From Amoebophrya sp. A120 (Eukaryota; Protista; Dinoflagellata), in contig CAJINV010000012.1 of assembly GCA_905178155.1 (NCBI GenBank), positions 2,006,618 to 2,070,617 of the forward strand: DNA of 64,000 nucleotides, in the 5' to 3' direction. Both the position numbers and the translations under genes were made by a program. This document shows positions 62,401-64,000 of the stretch, one piece after another. The number at the start of each line of letters is the position of its first letter. Position 1 is the stretch's first letter. Below the pieces are notes generated by a model. The model ran no database searches. It saw nothing but the letters and a program-made list of their open reading frames with translations, and was not told where the DNA came from.

Positions 62401-63657
62401 ATGAAATCTGTGATGCTTGGACGACACGCATCAAAAATAAAGCACTAGATCCTCTATCATGCAAAAACGCAGTTTGCCATGTGAAGTGCGCAAGATACCA
62501 AGCGGCTCAGAAGGGTGTCATGCGCAGCTGCGTATCGCACTGCAGCGCTACCGGCACCTTTCATTCAGATTCAGTATTAACAAACTAGCATTACAACACT
62601 CATCCAGACCCAGTGGCATCATCAAAAATATTTGCGATGCATAGACGGCCCGACATGAAAGTCGTCGATGCCCTGAATGCCCTTCAGCTCGCCCGTGCCG
62701 AACTCAATGTCCAGCTCCTTGTCGTTCGCGTTTCCGTTAAATTCCGTGAAGGACTCCGACAGAACGTGGCTGTAGCGGTTTCTGCCGGTATCGATACACG
62801 GCTCGGTTGTGCACAGGTCGGAGGCGATCCAGAGATTCGTGCTACCGGTATCAAACACCACGTTGATCATGGACTGTTCCTCGTAGTGGCACTGCGCGAC
62901 GTTGGGGTCTTTCTCCTTCTCACTAGCCACGAAGGGCGAGAGGATGAAGCGGATGGAAGAAGATGCTTCTTCTCCCTCCGTTTGCTGTTCCAGCAGCGAG
63001 TTATCCGCACAGCCGTTGTATCGAATGCAAATATGTCTGGGTCTGGAAACTTGTAATGTTGAGATTCCCATTGGTGAGCCTCTTCCAAGTGCCGCCAAGC
63101 ATGACAAGTCGTCGTCGAGCTTTCTGCTCATACGTAGCACGCATTACAAACTCCTGCGTTATTTCTGCATGACAAAAAAGGCACAACTTTTGCTGGTCAT
63201 GCAACACAGATTTGGCACTCATGCAAGGAAAGCATCAGAAGTTCCTCCTTTCCAGACCCAGACATGTTTGCAATGGATACATTGGGTCGGGAGACGGAGC
63301 CGACCCCGATATGGATGCGTCAGGTTTGAAATCGTCAAAGTTGAAATAATTTGTAATGCATAAAATGCATGACCCGACGTACGTGTGTTGCAGAGCAGGC
63401 AAGTGAGGCCGATTGTAAGCCTGTTTGGGGCTACAGCTCGAGCTGCTAAAAGCATGAGAAAATCGCTCTTCTTTGCCTAAACAGCATGACAAACTGGATT
63501 TAGGGGCCACCGAAATTTGTCATGCGCCACTTACAAACTGGCTTCCAACTGGCATCCATTTTATGCATGACAAATTATTTCAACTTTGTCGATTTCAACT
63601 CTGACACATCCATACCCGACGGCGCCAACGTACTGGGAGTTGTAGAGGTTGTCTAGC
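59489..63657 (-). CDS. A1 aspartic protease, plasmepsin IX/X / ASP3-like (5' part beyond the window)
   Basis: NSQYVG, VVFDTGSTNLWI, IEFGTG, FEGILGLAFP, HYW, VVDTGTTY, LLGEVFMRHYFTVF, VGFA. Confidence 0.9.
59643..59803. mobile_element. IE family J
   Basis: TATCAAGCAAAAAAGTGCTAACGTTAACGG TIR; flanks TGAAA/CGAAA. Confidence 0.88.
61138..61365. mobile_element. IE family C, inverted relative to 7450; one end TGT
   Basis: Family C TIR; DR CGACC. Confidence 0.9.
61453..61721. mobile_element. IE family B
   Basis: Family B TIR; DR CTCGT. Confidence 0.92.
61821..61967. mobile_element. IE family A
   Basis: Family A TIR; DR GTTGC. Confidence 0.92.
62030..62197. mobile_element. IE family A
   Basis: Family A TIR; DR TGCTT. 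Confidence 0.9.
62350..62643. mobile_element. IE family B, degenerate
   Basis: TATGCATTGCAAA...TTTGCGATGCATA; flanks AATGG/GACGG. Confidence 0.8.
63019..63279. mobile_element. IE family B
   Basis: Family B TIR; flanks CGTTG/CATTG. Confidence 0.9.
63310..63614. mobile_element. IE family F, near-identical to the 36250 copy
   Basis: Family F TIR; DR CCCGA. Confidence 0.92.
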
Positions 63658-64000
63658 TATGCATTGCAAAAGCATCGCACTCGTACTAATTGCAAGTATG
63701 CATGACAAATCTGCTTCTTAACCTCAATCCGCATTACAAATTTCATTTTTCATGCTGAGGGAATTTGTCATGCGATTTCTACTAGTACCAAATATAGCCG
63801 CCGGGGCGGAGGTAGTGAGGTCGTTGGGCGTTTTCTTGCCGGCCATCGCCTTGGCCGCGGCTTTGCTTTTTCTGGGCTCGCCATACCGCCGTGAGTAACG
63901 TTAGGCCGCACGGTATGGCGGCCGCTTGATAAACATCGCAAATTTTGGCAAATTCCCGAAGTTCCTTCCCGAAGGCCAGCCCCCATGCTATGGGGCCGAT
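63658..64000. mobile_element. IE family A interrupted at ~63789 by a GC-rich insertion that runs off the window
   Basis: TATGCATTGCAAAAGCATCG start; the expected GATGCTTTTGC...ATA end is replaced by unrelated sequence. Confidence 0.75.

Noticed and set aside
10619-63510. Many short ORFs sharing peptides such as [22 protein letters not shown] and LPDPDIF
   Set aside because: These are translations of IE termini in different frames, not a protein family or a transposase
4341-63614. Ciliate-type TA-bounded IESs as an explanation
   Set aside because: Those leave a single TA, whereas here a variable 5-bp duplication lies outside the TAT/ATA ends and the standard code is used; DNA-level excision is not formally excluded

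Overview
Eukaryotic (alveolate-like) genomic DNA, not prokaryotic. About 11 protein genes can be reconstructed, and all lie on the minus strand: a large coiled-coil protein, an MpaB/DUF2236-type oxygenase, an RlmI-like PUA/methyltransferase, an ankyrin-repeat kinesin-14, a 2OG-Fe(II) oxygenase, a membrane protein, a GSKIP-like protein, cullin-3, a plasmepsin IX/X-like aspartic protease and some hypotheticals. By manual count their coding sequences are interrupted by about 65 MITE-like intron elements (IEs, introners) of 125-315 bp from roughly 9 families. Nearly all start TAT(N7)AAA and end in the inverted ATA, carry terminal inverted repeats (TIRs) and are flanked by a 5-bp direct repeat (DR). 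Removing the element plus one DR copy restores conserved reading frames, although most lack GT-AG ends and they occur in both orientations. This matches my recollection of the non-canonical introners described for the parasitic dinoflagellate Amoebophrya (strain A120); the taxon is inferred, not verified. Notable extras: IEs that host nested transposons (two larger TIR elements, a Helitron-like element and a 5'-truncated LINE), one IE inserted across the boundary of another, an internal motif shared by all families, and sequence evidence for the splice register and for drift toward GT-AG.
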